A DNA stretch of 60,763 bases, filler included. It is 5 parts of 5 records of this genome, joined end to end, with 100 filler letters (N's around TTAATTAATTAA, not from the genome) between each part and the next. Parts side by side here need not be neighbours in the genome. Positions count along the whole stretch, not along the records: positions 1 to 8,352 come from DRR723986_6265; positions 8,453 to 14,363 come from DRR723986_6268; 3 more parts are not named here. One strand, 5' to 3'. The notes beneath the pieces are model-generated. The model did not search any database, had not been told where the DNA came from, and worked only from the letters and a program-made list of their open reading frames with translations. Both the position numbers and the translations under genes were made by a program. This document shows, one piece after another, positions 1 to 8,970 of the stretch (position 1 is its first letter; each line of letters begins with the position of its first letter).

Positions 1-35
1 GAATAGGCCAGGACAACTTTCTTGGGCGCGTTCAT
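1..35 (-). CDS. argG: argininosuccinate synthase, N-terminal fragment cut by window edge
   Basis: Minus strand from ATG at 35 reads MNAPKKVVLAY(S), the typical ArgG start (KKVVLAYSGG). Not in the ORF track. Confidence 0.8.
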   Translation of the reverse strand, partial: MNAPKKVVLAY

Positions 36-158
36 GTCGGGGGATCCTCTTTGTATACGGCGCGCGGATTACCGGGTTTTGATGGGCTGGGCAAGGCTGG
101 GCCGTTGACGCCCGCGCCGGACGTGGTAGCCATCCCCGACAGGCGAGGGAGGTCGAAC

Positions 159-938
159 ATGCGCGGCTGGCAAATCTTTACCCACTCGGCGGGGCTGGTC
201 TTTCGCAACCTCGACGCGGCGATCCGCATTTCGCTGGTGCCCTACCTCGCCCATGTGGCGGCGCAGGTCTACCTGTTCCTGAACCCGGATCTGCTGGCGG
301 CGGGAGACGTCGGGACGGACATCGACGCGACCATGGGCGGCGCCCTGCCCCATGTCGAGCCGCTGACCTACGCCATCTTCCTCTGCCTGCAATTCGCCGC
401 CGCGCTGGCGAGCCTGTGGATCGCGGTCAATTGGCACCGCTATGTGCTGCTCGAAGAGATCGCCCCCGGCCCGGTCCAGCCGCTCCGGGGCGACCTCGTG
501 CTGGGGTACTTCGGGCGTTCGGTGCTGATCGGGCTTCTGCTGTTGGTGGCGCTGTTCACGATTGCCATTCCCGCCGGGCTTCTGATGACCTCGATGCCCG
601 GGGCGACGCTACCGCTTCTGCTGGCGACGGTGGCCGGTGTCACCTACGTCTTCCTGCGTCTGGGCGTGATCCTGCCCGCCGGAACGGTCGGCCGAAAGCT
701 GACTCTGCATGCCGCATGGCAGGCGACCGGCACGGAAAGCGGCGCCATCGCGGGATTGTCTGCCATCGCGGTCTTCGCCATGGCCCTGATGATGGTGCCG
801 AACATCATCGCCGGGGACGGCCTGTCCCTGCTGACGACGCTCTACGGGCTTGCGGCGGGCTGGGTGATCACCATGGTCGGCGCCTCGCTCCTGACCTCGC
901 TCTATGGCATCTGCGTCGAGGGCCGCACGATCGGCTGA
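159..938 (+). CDS. multi-pass membrane protein of unknown function
   Basis: ORF 51..938. ATG at 159 follows GAGGGAGG RBS. Several hydrophobic segments and a WHRYVLL motif. Confidence 0.75.
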   Translation: MRGWQIFTHSAGLVFRNLDAAIRISLVPYLAHVAAQVYLFLNPDLLAAGDVGTDIDATMGGALPHVEPLTYAIFLCLQFAAALASLWIAVNWHRYVLLEEIAPGPVQPLRGDLVLGYFGRSVLIGLLLLVALFTIAIPAGLLMTSMPGATLPLLLATVAGVTYVFLRLGVILPAGTVGRKLTLHAAWQATGTESGAIAGLSAIAVFAMALMMVPNIIAGDGLSLLTTLYGLAAGWVITMVGASLLTSLYGICVEGRTIG

Positions 939-976
939 CTTGCGCCGCCTGCGCGTTTCAACGAAGGGTTCTGCTC

Positions 977-2203
977 ATGACCGATTTTCAGACCCGCGCC
1001 CGTGCCGCCGAAGAGGCGATGCGCGAGGCCTTTCCCGAAACGCCGCTGTTGCGCAACGACCACCTGTCGCAGATCTATGGCGCCGACATCTGGCTGAAGC
1101 GCGAGGATCTCTCGCCCGTCCGCAGTTACAAGCTGCGCGGCGCCTTCAACGCCATGCGCAAGCGGCCCGGGGTCGAGCGTTTCGTGGCGGCGAGCGCCGG
1201 AAACCACGCGCAGGGGGTGGCATGGATGTGCCGCCAGTTCGACGTGAAGGGCGTGATCTTCATGCCCGTCACGACCCCGCAACAGAAGATCCAGAAGACA
1301 GAGATGTTCGGCGGCGCCAATGTCGAGATCCGGCTGATCGGCGACTATTTCGACGATTGCCTGCATGCGGCGCAGGCCTTCGTGCAGGCCGAGGGCGGGC
1401 ATTTCCTCTCGCCCTTCGACGACGACGACGTGATCGAGGGGCAGGCCTCCGTCGCGGTCGAGATCGAGCGCCAGCTTGGCCGCCTGCCCGACCTGATGGT
1501 GGTGCCCGTGGGCGGCGGCGGCCTGGCGTCCGGGCTGTTTTCCTACCTCGGGACCGATGTGCAATACACCTTCGTCGAACCCTCGGGCGGGGCCTGCCTG
1601 CGCGCCGCGCTGGAGGCCGGGCAGCCCGTCGCCCTGCCCCGCGTCAACACCTTCGCCGATGGCGCCGCCGTAGCGAAAATCGGCGACAAGACCTTCGCCT
1701 GCCTCAAGGACGTCGGTATCGCCAACACGCTGACGATCAACGAGGATCGCCTCTGCACCACGATCCTCGAGATGCTGAACGTCGAAGGCATCGTGCTGGA
1801 ACCCGCCGGGGCCTTGTCCGTCGATGCGCTGAAGGATCTTGGCCTGTCGATCCGGGGGCGGACGGTGGTCTGCATCACCTCGGGCGGGAACTTCGATTTC
1901 GAGCGTCTGCCCGAGGTCAAGGAACGCGCCCAGCGCTATTCCGGCGTGAAGAAATACTTCATCCTGCGCCTGCCGCAACGGCCCGGGGCGCTGAAGGACT
2001 TCCTCGAACTTCTCGGGCCCGAGGACGACATCGCGCGCTTCGAATACCTTAAGAAGTCCGCGCGCAATTTCGGCTCTGTGCTGATCGGGATCGAGACCGC
2101 GCGGCCGCAGAACTTCCAGATGCTGTTTGCGAAGCTCGACGCCAACGGCTTCACCTATCAGGACATCACCGAGGACGAGACCGTCGCGCAATTCGTGATC
2201 TGA
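977..2203 (+). CDS. ilvA: threonine ammonia-lyase, biosynthetic short form
   Basis: LKREDLSPVRSYKLRGA PLP-lysine motif, SAGNHAQG, PVGGGGL, SGGNFD and a C-terminal regulatory domain. Start ATG 977 lies within ORF 416..2203. Confidence 0.95.
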   Translation: MTDFQTRARAAEEAMREAFPETPLLRNDHLSQIYGADIWLKREDLSPVRSYKLRGAFNAMRKRPGVERFVAASAGNHAQGVAWMCRQFDVKGVIFMPVTTPQQKIQKTEMFGGANVEIRLIGDYFDDCLHAAQAFVQAEGGHFLSPFDDDDVIEGQASVAVEIERQLGRLPDLMVVPVGGGGLASGLFSYLGTDVQYTFVEPSGGACLRAALEAGQPVALPRVNTFADGAAVAKIGDKTFACLKDVGIANTLTINEDRLCTTILEMLNVEGIVLEPAGALSVDALKDLGLSIRGRTVVCITSGGNFDFERLPEVKERAQRYSGVKKYFILRLPQRPGALKDFLELLGPEDDIARFEYLKKSARNFGSVLIGIETARPQNFQMLFAKLDANGFTYQDITEDETVAQFVI

Positions 2204-2211
2204 GACGGCGC

Positions 2212-2547
2212 TCAGGCGGCCAGCTTCCCGGGCAGCTCACGCTCGAATATCGCGCGCGACTGGCCGTAGACCTCGCGGACCTGTGCCGCGGTGACGATGT
2301 CCGGCGCGTTGCTGGCAGCGGCGGTTTCGCCCTGCTGGCAGATCCGGGCGAGCGCGTCGAACCCGAGGTTCAGCGCCGCGCCTTTCAGGAAATGCATATG
2401 CTCCTCGACGAGGACGGGATTGTCGTCGGCCGCCGCAAGCCGTTCGACGGCAGAGTCGACCTCCGCGAGGAACAGGTCCACGACCTCGCCGAAGTCTTCG
2501 ACGCCGATCTCTTCCAAGAGTTCACCGACACGGGCCCAGTCAATCAT
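2212..2547 (-). CDS. Hpt (histidine phosphotransfer) domain protein
   Basis: HFLKGAALNLG Hpt motif, 111 aa, GGAGG RBS upstream. Confidence 0.9.
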   Translation of the reverse strand: MIDWARVGELLEEIGVEDFGEVVDLFLAEVDSAVERLAAADDNPVLVEEHMHFLKGAALNLGFDALARICQQGETAAASNAPDIVTAAQVREVYGQSRAIFERELPGKLAA

Positions 2548-2702
2548 GAGTCACCTCCTGCGTGCAGGCAGGGTAGGCCCGAGAAGGTGAACAACGGGTT
2601 TCGACCAGTCGGCGGCTGACAGCAATTTTAGATTTCAGCATCCGTTAACGACTCTGCGATAGCGGTCGGATGAGAACGACGCCCGTTCGACGAGGAAAGC
2701 AT

Positions 2703-3971
2703 TTGGCCATATCGGAGCGTATCGAAATCCCCTCTGCCGAGACTGGCGCGATCCGGCGTGTTCTGGTGGTCGATGACAGCAATCTGCAGCTTCGCATCGT
2801 CTCGGCGATGCTGAAACGCTGGGGGTTCGAGATCGTCGTCGCCAATTCCGGTCCCGAAGCGCTCCGGCGATGCGTCGAGATGCCGCCCGACCTCGTGCTG
2901 TCCGACTGGATGATGCCGGACATGAACGGGCTGGAGTTCTGTCGCCGGTTCCGCGAGTTGGACCGCGACGGCTATGGGTATTTCATCCTCCTGACCTCCA
3001 AGAGCGACAAGGCCGACGTGGCGCAGGGGCTGGACGCCGGGGCGGACGATTTCCTGACCAAGCCGGTCAACGCGCATGAACTGCGGGCCCGCATCAACGC
3101 CGGAGAACGGATCGTCTCCATGCAGCGCCAGTTGACGGAAACCAACCGGCAGGTGTCCGAGGCGCTGCGCGAATTACGCGAGATCCACGAGGCGATCGAG
3201 AACGACCTGCGGCAGGCGCGCACGATCCAGCAGTCGCTGGTGCCGGAACGCGTGCGCGTGTTTGGCACGTCCCGGGTCAGCCTGCTGTTGCAACCCTGCG
3301 GCCACGTCGGCGGCGATCTTGTCGGGATGTTCAGCCCCGGCCCCGACCGCCTTGGTCTTTACAGCATCGACGTGTCGGGGCACGGCATCACCTCTGCCAT
3401 GGTGACGGCGCGGGTCGCGGGCTACCTCTCCAGCACCTTCCCGGAACAGAACGTCGCGCTCGATTACCGGACGGAGGAGTTCGCGATGCGCGAGCCCGAC
3501 GACACCGCCCGCCGCCTGAACCAGCGGTTCGCGGCGGATCCCGGGGTCGAGGAGTATCTGACCATGGCCTATGTCGCCGCCGACCTCGCCACCGGGCGGA
3601 TGAAGATGGTGCAGGCCGGGCATTCGCCACCCATCGTGCTGCGCCGCGACGGGCGGGTGGAGTTCATCGGCGACGGCGGGCTGCCCATCGGTCTGGTGGA
3701 CGACGTGTCCTATGACCAGCACGACTTCCGCCTCGCCTCCGGCGACCTGCTGCTGCTCTATTCCGACGGTTTCACCGAGGCGGTGATGAAGGACGGCCAG
3801 ATGCTGGGCGAAGAGGGGCTTGCACGGCTGCTGTGCGAAAGCGCACGCGGCGGCACCGGGCCCGATCTTCTGGCCGACATGTTCTGGCGCCTGACAAGCG
3901 CGATGGCCGACCCTGACCGGCTCAGCGACGACGTCTCTGCCGCCTTGCTGGAGTTCGACGTCCTGCGCTGA
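2703..3971 (+). CDS. fused response-regulator receiver / SpoIIE-type PP2C phosphatase
   Basis: VLVVDD, LSDWMMP, DDFLTKP receiver motifs, then VGGD, DVSGHG, YSDG, DDVS PP2C motifs. TTG 2703 follows GAGGA; alternative start 2670. Confidence 0.9.
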   Translation: MAISERIEIPSAETGAIRRVLVVDDSNLQLRIVSAMLKRWGFEIVVANSGPEALRRCVEMPPDLVLSDWMMPDMNGLEFCRRFRELDRDGYGYFILLTSKSDKADVAQGLDAGADDFLTKPVNAHELRARINAGERIVSMQRQLTETNRQVSEALRELREIHEAIENDLRQARTIQQSLVPERVRVFGTSRVSLLLQPCGHVGGDLVGMFSPGPDRLGLYSIDVSGHGITSAMVTARVAGYLSSTFPEQNVALDYRTEEFAMREPDDTARRLNQRFAADPGVEEYLTMAYVAADLATGRMKMVQAGHSPPIVLRRDGRVEFIGDGGLPIGLVDDVSYDQHDFRLASGDLLLLYSDGFTEAVMKDGQMLGEEGLARLLCESARGGTGPDLLADMFWRLTSAMADPDRLSDDVSAALLEFDVLR

Positions 3972-3977
3972 GCAGAC

Positions 3978-4415
3978 TTATCGAAGCAGGCGCCAGAGCG
4001 CGTCGCGCTCACCGGGGTTCCCCAGCATCTCCGCCGCCAGATCGGCGGGCATCCACAGGGCGCTGTGCCCGGGTTCCGAGGGCTCTTCCCGCCGCAATAC
4101 AGGGTCGGCGGTATAGAGAATGCACAGTTTTTCGGCCCAGATCTCGTATTCCGGCATGAAGGTGAAGCGCCGGAAGAACCCAAGCCGCCGGGGATTTGCG
4201 ATGGTCCAGCCGGTCTCTTCGCGAACCTCGCGGTGCAGCGCGGCCAGGGGTTGTTCGCCCGGGTCGATGCCGCCGCCGGGCAGCTGATATTCGGGAAACG
4301 GCTCTGACTGATGGGTCAGCAGCAAGGCTCCGTCGCGGGGCAGGATCGCGTAGACCCCGGGGCGAAAGATGTACCTGCGGCCCGTCTCGGGGGCCTCTCC
4401 GTATCGTGGCGCCAT
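3978..4415 (-). CDS. Nudix hydrolase
   Basis: Nudix box LPGGGIDPGEQPLAALHREVREETG. Confidence 0.9.
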   Translation of the reverse strand: MAPRYGEAPETGRRYIFRPGVYAILPRDGALLLTHQSEPFPEYQLPGGGIDPGEQPLAALHREVREETGWTIANPRRLGFFRRFTFMPEYEIWAEKLCILYTADPVLRREEPSEPGHSALWMPADLAAEMLGNPGERDALWRLLR

Positions 4416-4491
4416 GGGGACCCCTTTGCGTTTGCGTCAGCTTTCCCTATATGACCGCCTATTGCCAGTCACCGGCAGACAAGGAAACCCC

Positions 4492-5475
4492 ATGAGCTTC
4501 GGCACCAAACTCGCCTGGGACGACACCGTCCTGCCCTTCCAGCTTGACCGCTCCGACATGCGTGGACGCGTGGCGCGTCTGGATGGCGTGTTGTCCGGCG
4601 TGCTCAAGCAACACAATTACCCCGCCCCGGTCGAGGCGCTGGTGGCAGAGATGGCCCTGCTGACCGCGCTGATCGGTCAGACGGTCAAGCTGCGCTGGAA
4701 ACTGTCGCTGCAGGTCCAGACCAACGGCCCCGTGCGGATGATCGCGACCGACTACTACGGCCCCGAGGAAGACGGGCAGCCCGCGCGCATCCGCGCCTAT
4801 GCCAGCTTCGACGCCGAGCGGATCACCGATGCCGCGCCCTTCGAGCAGCTTGGTCAGGGCTATTTCGCCATCCTGATCGATCAGGGCGAGGGGATGCAGC
4901 CCTATCAGGGGATCACGCCGATCTCGGGCACCTCGCTGTCCGACTGCGCCGCGGCCTATTTCGCCCAGTCCGAACAGCTGCCCACGACCTTCGCGCTGGC
5001 CTATGGCCGCTCGACGGAACCGGGCGTGCCGGAGCATTGGCGCGCCGGGGGCATCATGCTGCAGCACATGCCCAAGGCCTCTCCCTTCGCCAAGGGCGAC
5101 GCTACGGGCGAAGAGGGGCTGCTTGCCCCCGAGGATCTGGTCGAGGGCGACGAGAAAGAGAACTGGACCCGCGTCAATGCCCACGTCAGCACCGTCGAAG
5201 AGCTGGAGCTGATCGGCCCCAGCGTGCCGCCGACCGACTTGCTGGTGCGCCTCTTCCACGAAGAGAACCCCCGCGTCTACGACAGCCAGCCGATCCGCTT
5301 CGGATGCACCTGTTCCGAGGATCGCGTGCGGCAGTCGCTGTCGATCTACTCGGCCAAGGACATCGAGAAGATGACCACGGACGAGGGCCTTGTGACCGCG
5401 GATTGCCAGTTCTGCGGCGCGCATTACGAACTCGACCCGGCGTCCGTGGGGTTCGAGGGCAATGACGGCGCGTGA
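4492..5475 (+). CDS. hslO: Hsp33 redox-regulated chaperone
   Basis: C-terminal zinc ligands CTCS and CQFC, YQGI and YFAQSEQLPT motifs. ATG 4492 follows AAGGA. Confidence 0.93.
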   Translation: MSFGTKLAWDDTVLPFQLDRSDMRGRVARLDGVLSGVLKQHNYPAPVEALVAEMALLTALIGQTVKLRWKLSLQVQTNGPVRMIATDYYGPEEDGQPARIRAYASFDAERITDAAPFEQLGQGYFAILIDQGEGMQPYQGITPISGTSLSDCAAAYFAQSEQLPTTFALAYGRSTEPGVPEHWRAGGIMLQHMPKASPFAKGDATGEEGLLAPEDLVEGDEKENWTRVNAHVSTVEELELIGPSVPPTDLLVRLFHEENPRVYDSQPIRFGCTCSEDRVRQSLSIYSAKDIEKMTTDEGLVTADCQFCGAHYELDPASVGFEGNDGA

Positions 5476-6061
5476 ACAGGAGCAGGCGCTGCGCCGGGCG
5501 CTGTCGCGCGCGGCCGGCGCCTCTTCGGACTTCGACCTGAATGGCGCGGTGTCGCTGCCGCCGGATCGCAAACTGCGGGCGGCCGGGGTGCTGGTCGCCT
5601 TTCAGGAAGGGCGGGACGGGCTGGATCTGGTCCTGACGAAACGCTCGTCGCGGCTGAAGCACCACCCGGGGCAGATTGCCTTTCCGGGCGGCAAGGTCGA
5701 TCCCGGCGATGCGGATGCCGTGGCCGCCGCCCTGCGCGAAGCGCAGGAAGAGGTCGGCCTCGACCCGGCGGTGGTCGAGGTTCTCGGCGCCCTGCCCGCC
5801 CATGAGACGGTCACGGGCTTCGCCATGACGCCGGTGCTTGCGATGATCCGCGCGCCCTTCACCCCGGTGCCCGAACCCGGCGAGGTCGAAGAGGTCTTCA
5901 CCGCCCCCTTCGCGCATGTGACGGACCCGGCGCGCTTTTCGGTGCAATGGCGGCGCTGGCGCGGCCAGAGGCGGCTGTATTACACCGTGCCCTATGGCCC
6001 CTACTACATCTGGGGCGCCACGGCGCGAATTCTGCGCGGCCTCGCGGAGCGGGTGCAGTGA
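5462..6061 (+). CDS. CoA pyrophosphatase (Nudix, NudL-like)
   Basis: LTKRSSRLKHHPGQIAFPGG followed by ALREAQEEVG and IWGATA. Confidence 0.9.
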   Translation: MTAREQEQALRRALSRAAGASSDFDLNGAVSLPPDRKLRAAGVLVAFQEGRDGLDLVLTKRSSRLKHHPGQIAFPGGKVDPGDADAVAAALREAQEEVGLDPAVVEVLGALPAHETVTGFAMTPVLAMIRAPFTPVPEPGEVEEVFTAPFAHVTDPARFSVQWRRWRGQRRLYYTVPYGPYYIWGATARILRGLAERVQ

Positions 6062-7221
6062 CGGCGGTCACCGGGGACTGGCTGACCGCGCCGGGCACGC
6101 AGGCGGTCATGGCGATGCTCGAGGATGCGGGCTACCGCGCCTACGCGGTCGGTGGCTGCGTCCGCAACGCCCTTCTGGGAGAGCCGGTGGCCGATGTGGA
6201 CATCTCTACCAATGCCCGCCCCGAAACCGTGATCGCGCTGGCCAAGGCGGCGCGGCTGAGGCCGGTGCCCACCGGCATCGACCACGGCACCGTCACCGTC
6301 GTCGCCCATGGCGAACCCTACGAGGTCACGACATGGCGCGCCGACGTCGAAACCGACGGGCGCCGGGCCGTGGTGCGCTTTGCCGACAGCCTTGCCGAGG
6401 ATGCGAAGCGGCGCGATTTCACCATGAACGCGCTGTATGCCGACAGGCGGGGCGCGGTCGTCGATCCCTTGGGCGGGCTGCCCGATCTCGACGCCCGGCA
6501 TCTGCGCTTCATACAGGACGCCGGGCAGCGCATCCGCGAGGATTACCTGCGGACCCTGCGCTATTTCCGCTTTCACGCGTGGTACGGCGATCCGGCGCAG
6601 GGCATGGACGCCGAGGCGCTTGCCGCCATCGCGGCGAACCTCGACGGCCTCGACCGGCTGTCGGCGGAGCGCGTGGGGGCCGAACTGCTCAAGCTTCTGA
6701 AGGCGCCCGACCCGGTGCAGGCCGTCGCGGTGATGGACCGGACCGGCGTTCTGCCCCGCATCCTGCCCGGCAGCAGTCCGCGGGCGCTGGGGCCCCTGCT
6801 GATGGCGGAGGCCGCCCTGAGCCTTCCCCCCGAGCCGCTGCGCCGCCTCGCCGCCACGGGTTTTGCCGATGGTGCCGCGTTGCGCCTGTCGAAGCCCGAA
6901 CAAAAGCGCCTGACCCTGCTGCGCGACCTCGTGGAAAGCGCCGCCGGCCTGCCGGAAATCGCCTACCGCCACGGAGAGGGCACCGCGATGGACGCCGCTG
7001 CCCTGCGCGCCGCGATGCTGGAGCAGACGGTCGATCCGTCCGCCCTGCCCGACCTTGCCACCGCCGCGCAGGCCCGCTTTCCCGTGGCCGCGCAGGATCT
7101 CATGCCGACCCATGCGGGCAAGGCGCTGGGCGACATCCTGCGGTCGCTGGAGGCGCAATGGATCGCCTCCGGTTTTGCCCTCGACCGCGAAGATCTGCTG
7201 GGGCGCGTGCCTAAAGCGTGA
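6058..7221 (+). CDS. cca: CCA tRNA nucleotidyltransferase
   Basis: VGGCVRN, DVDI, EVTT, RRDFTMNAL, EDYLRTLRYFRF. GTG 6058 overlaps the upstream stop (GTGA). Confidence 0.9.
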   Translation: MTAVTGDWLTAPGTQAVMAMLEDAGYRAYAVGGCVRNALLGEPVADVDISTNARPETVIALAKAARLRPVPTGIDHGTVTVVAHGEPYEVTTWRADVETDGRRAVVRFADSLAEDAKRRDFTMNALYADRRGAVVDPLGGLPDLDARHLRFIQDAGQRIREDYLRTLRYFRFHAWYGDPAQGMDAEALAAIAANLDGLDRLSAERVGAELLKLLKAPDPVQAVAVMDRTGVLPRILPGSSPRALGPLLMAEAALSLPPEPLRRLAATGFADGAALRLSKPEQKRLTLLRDLVESAAGLPEIAYRHGEGTAMDAAALRAAMLEQTVDPSALPDLATAAQARFPVAAQDLMPTHAGKALGDILRSLEAQWIASGFALDREDLLGRVPKA

Positions 7222-7392
7222 CAAACGCATCCTTTCCGGCTAAGAGGGTCCCGACCCCGACCGGAGGACATGGGAAGGTGCGTGACAGGACCCAGCTTAG
7301 CCCCGCCTAGGCCGCCTTGTCCTGCACGGGTGGCTTTTGTCCCCCGCTCCCCCATCTCGTGATTCGCATTCGCTCTTTCAGGAGCCTTCGGC

Positions 7393-8352
7393 ATGTTCCG
7401 CTTCTTTGAAAACCTCGTCGATCCCTATGGGGAATACCGCCAGACCGACACGCCTCCGCGGCGGCTTTTGCCCTTCATGCTCGACTACGCAAAGCCCTTC
7501 CGGGGCGTGTTCGTCTGGGCGACGCTTCTGTCCATCGTCGTCGCGGCGGTGGAGGTCTGGCTGATCTGGGTCATGGGCTGGGTGGTCGACATCCTGTCCG
7601 GCGATCCGACGCAGGTCTGGCAGGACCACGGCTGGGCGCTGATCGGCATCGCCGTCTTCATCCTGTTTCTGCGCCCGCTGATCCAGGGCGCCGACGTGCT
7701 CTTGCTGAACAACACGATCCTGCCGAACTTCGGCACTCTGATCCGTTGGCGCGCCCATGGCCATGTGCTGCGCCAGTCGGTCGGCTGGTTCGAGAACGAC
7801 TTTGCCGGGCGCATCGCCAACCGCATCATGCAGACGCCCCCGGCCGCGGGCGAGGCGGTGTTTCAGGTCTTCGACGCGATCACCTTTTCCATCGCCTATA
7901 TCGTGGGGGCGATGGTGCTTCTGGGCGATGCCGACCCGCGCCTGATGATCCCCATGGCGCTGTGGCTGGTGCTTTACGGCGGTCTCATGCGCTGGACGAT
8001 CAAGCGCGTCGGCCCCGCCTCCAAGGCGGCGAGCGATGCGCGCAGCCTCGTCACCGGGCGCGTGGTGGACAGCTATACCAACATCCATTCGGTCAAGATG
8101 TTCGCCCACACCGGCACGGAACTGGACTACGCCAAAGAGGCGATCGAAACCGCGAGAGAGACCTTTCAGGCCGAAATGCGGATCTACACCATCATGGATG
8201 TCACCCTGATGGTGCTGAACGGCCTGCTGATCGTCGGCGTCGTGGGCTGGGCCTGCGCGCTCTGGATGCAGGGCGCGGCCTCGACCGGGGTCGTGGCGGC
8301 GGCGACCGCGCTGACGCTGCGGCTGAACGCCATGACCGGCTGGATCATGTGG
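7393..8352 (+). CDS. ABC exporter, MdlB-like fused permease/ATPase; membrane domain only, 3' truncated
   Basis: ABC transmembrane domain with WFENDFAGRIANR and NIHSVKMF. Runs into the N linker. Confidence 0.85.
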
Positions 8353-8452
8353 NNNNNNNNNNNNNNNNNNNNNNNNNNNNNNNNNNNNNNNNNNNNTTAA
8401 TTAATTAANNNNNNNNNNNNNNNNNNNNNNNNNNNNNNNNNNNNNNNNNNNN
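8353..8452. other. artificial contig linker
   Basis: 44 N + TTAATTAATTAA (stops in all six frames) + 44 N. Composition changes across it. Confidence 0.98.
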
Positions 8453-8470
8453 CAGAATGAACTGGCATGC
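8453..8470 (+). repeat. 18-bp terminal direct repeat, left copy (CAGAATGAACTGGCATGC)
   Basis: Identical to 14346-14363. These are the first and last 18 bases of the contig. Confidence 0.95.
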
Positions 8471-8822
8471 GCCCTTTTTGAGGTCTTTTTGTTTGTCGCT
8501 GTGGCTGAATGTTCGATTGTACATCCAGCGGCAAAACCTGCGGCAGAACATCCACCAGGATCATCGCAGGTACTCCACTCCCAGGTCTATGGGGCTTATC
8601 TGATCTTGGAGACTTTTGCCTCGCCACTTCTGACCCAGAGACTAACAATGGTAAAAAAAGCCAGCCACCGAACAACAAACCCCACACGTTCTTAGGGGGC
8701 GCAGCGATGTATCTGGATTTCAGTGCGCTACGGTCACATGCGGAAGCAAGGTTTGACATACTGAAAACGGATCCGTAGGCATTGGTATTACCGGTGTCAG
8801 CGCCTTGTCGTGGATTTGTCGT

Positions 8823-8854
8823 ATTGACCTTACTAGATCATTCCTTCACCTTTG
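8823..8854 (+). promoter_or_regulatory. putative Bacteroidota/FCB-type -33/-7 promoter
   Basis: ATTG-N20-CACCTTTG against consensus TTTG-N19-21-TAnnTTTG; one mismatch in each box. Confidence 0.45.
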
Positions 8855-8970
8855 CAGCAGACAATTCCGCCGGGGCGGTCGGCGGCTTCGGAATGCCGGC
8901 ACGTATATACGGAGCCGGGCCGACCGGTGTGAATTGTGGAATGAGATGATGCGATGTTGTAAAATCAACT

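Noticed and set aside
416-976. 187-aa N-terminal extension on IlvA
   Set aside because: It overlaps the upstream membrane gene in another frame and is Arg/Pro-rich shadow sequence. The real start is ATG 977.
7222-7392. Possible small ORF or sRNA between cca and the ABC transporter
   Set aside because: GGAGGA is only 1 nt from ATG 7270, and the hairpins are weak for this GC content.
902-8109. Long antisense and alternative-frame ORFs (902..2191, 4459..5571, 5994..7214, 6004..7230 and others)
   Set aside because: Shadows of real genes in high-GC DNA, with no recognisable motifs.
8453-8482. Sigma-54 promoter at TGGCAT
   Set aside because: No TTGC at the required -12 spacing.
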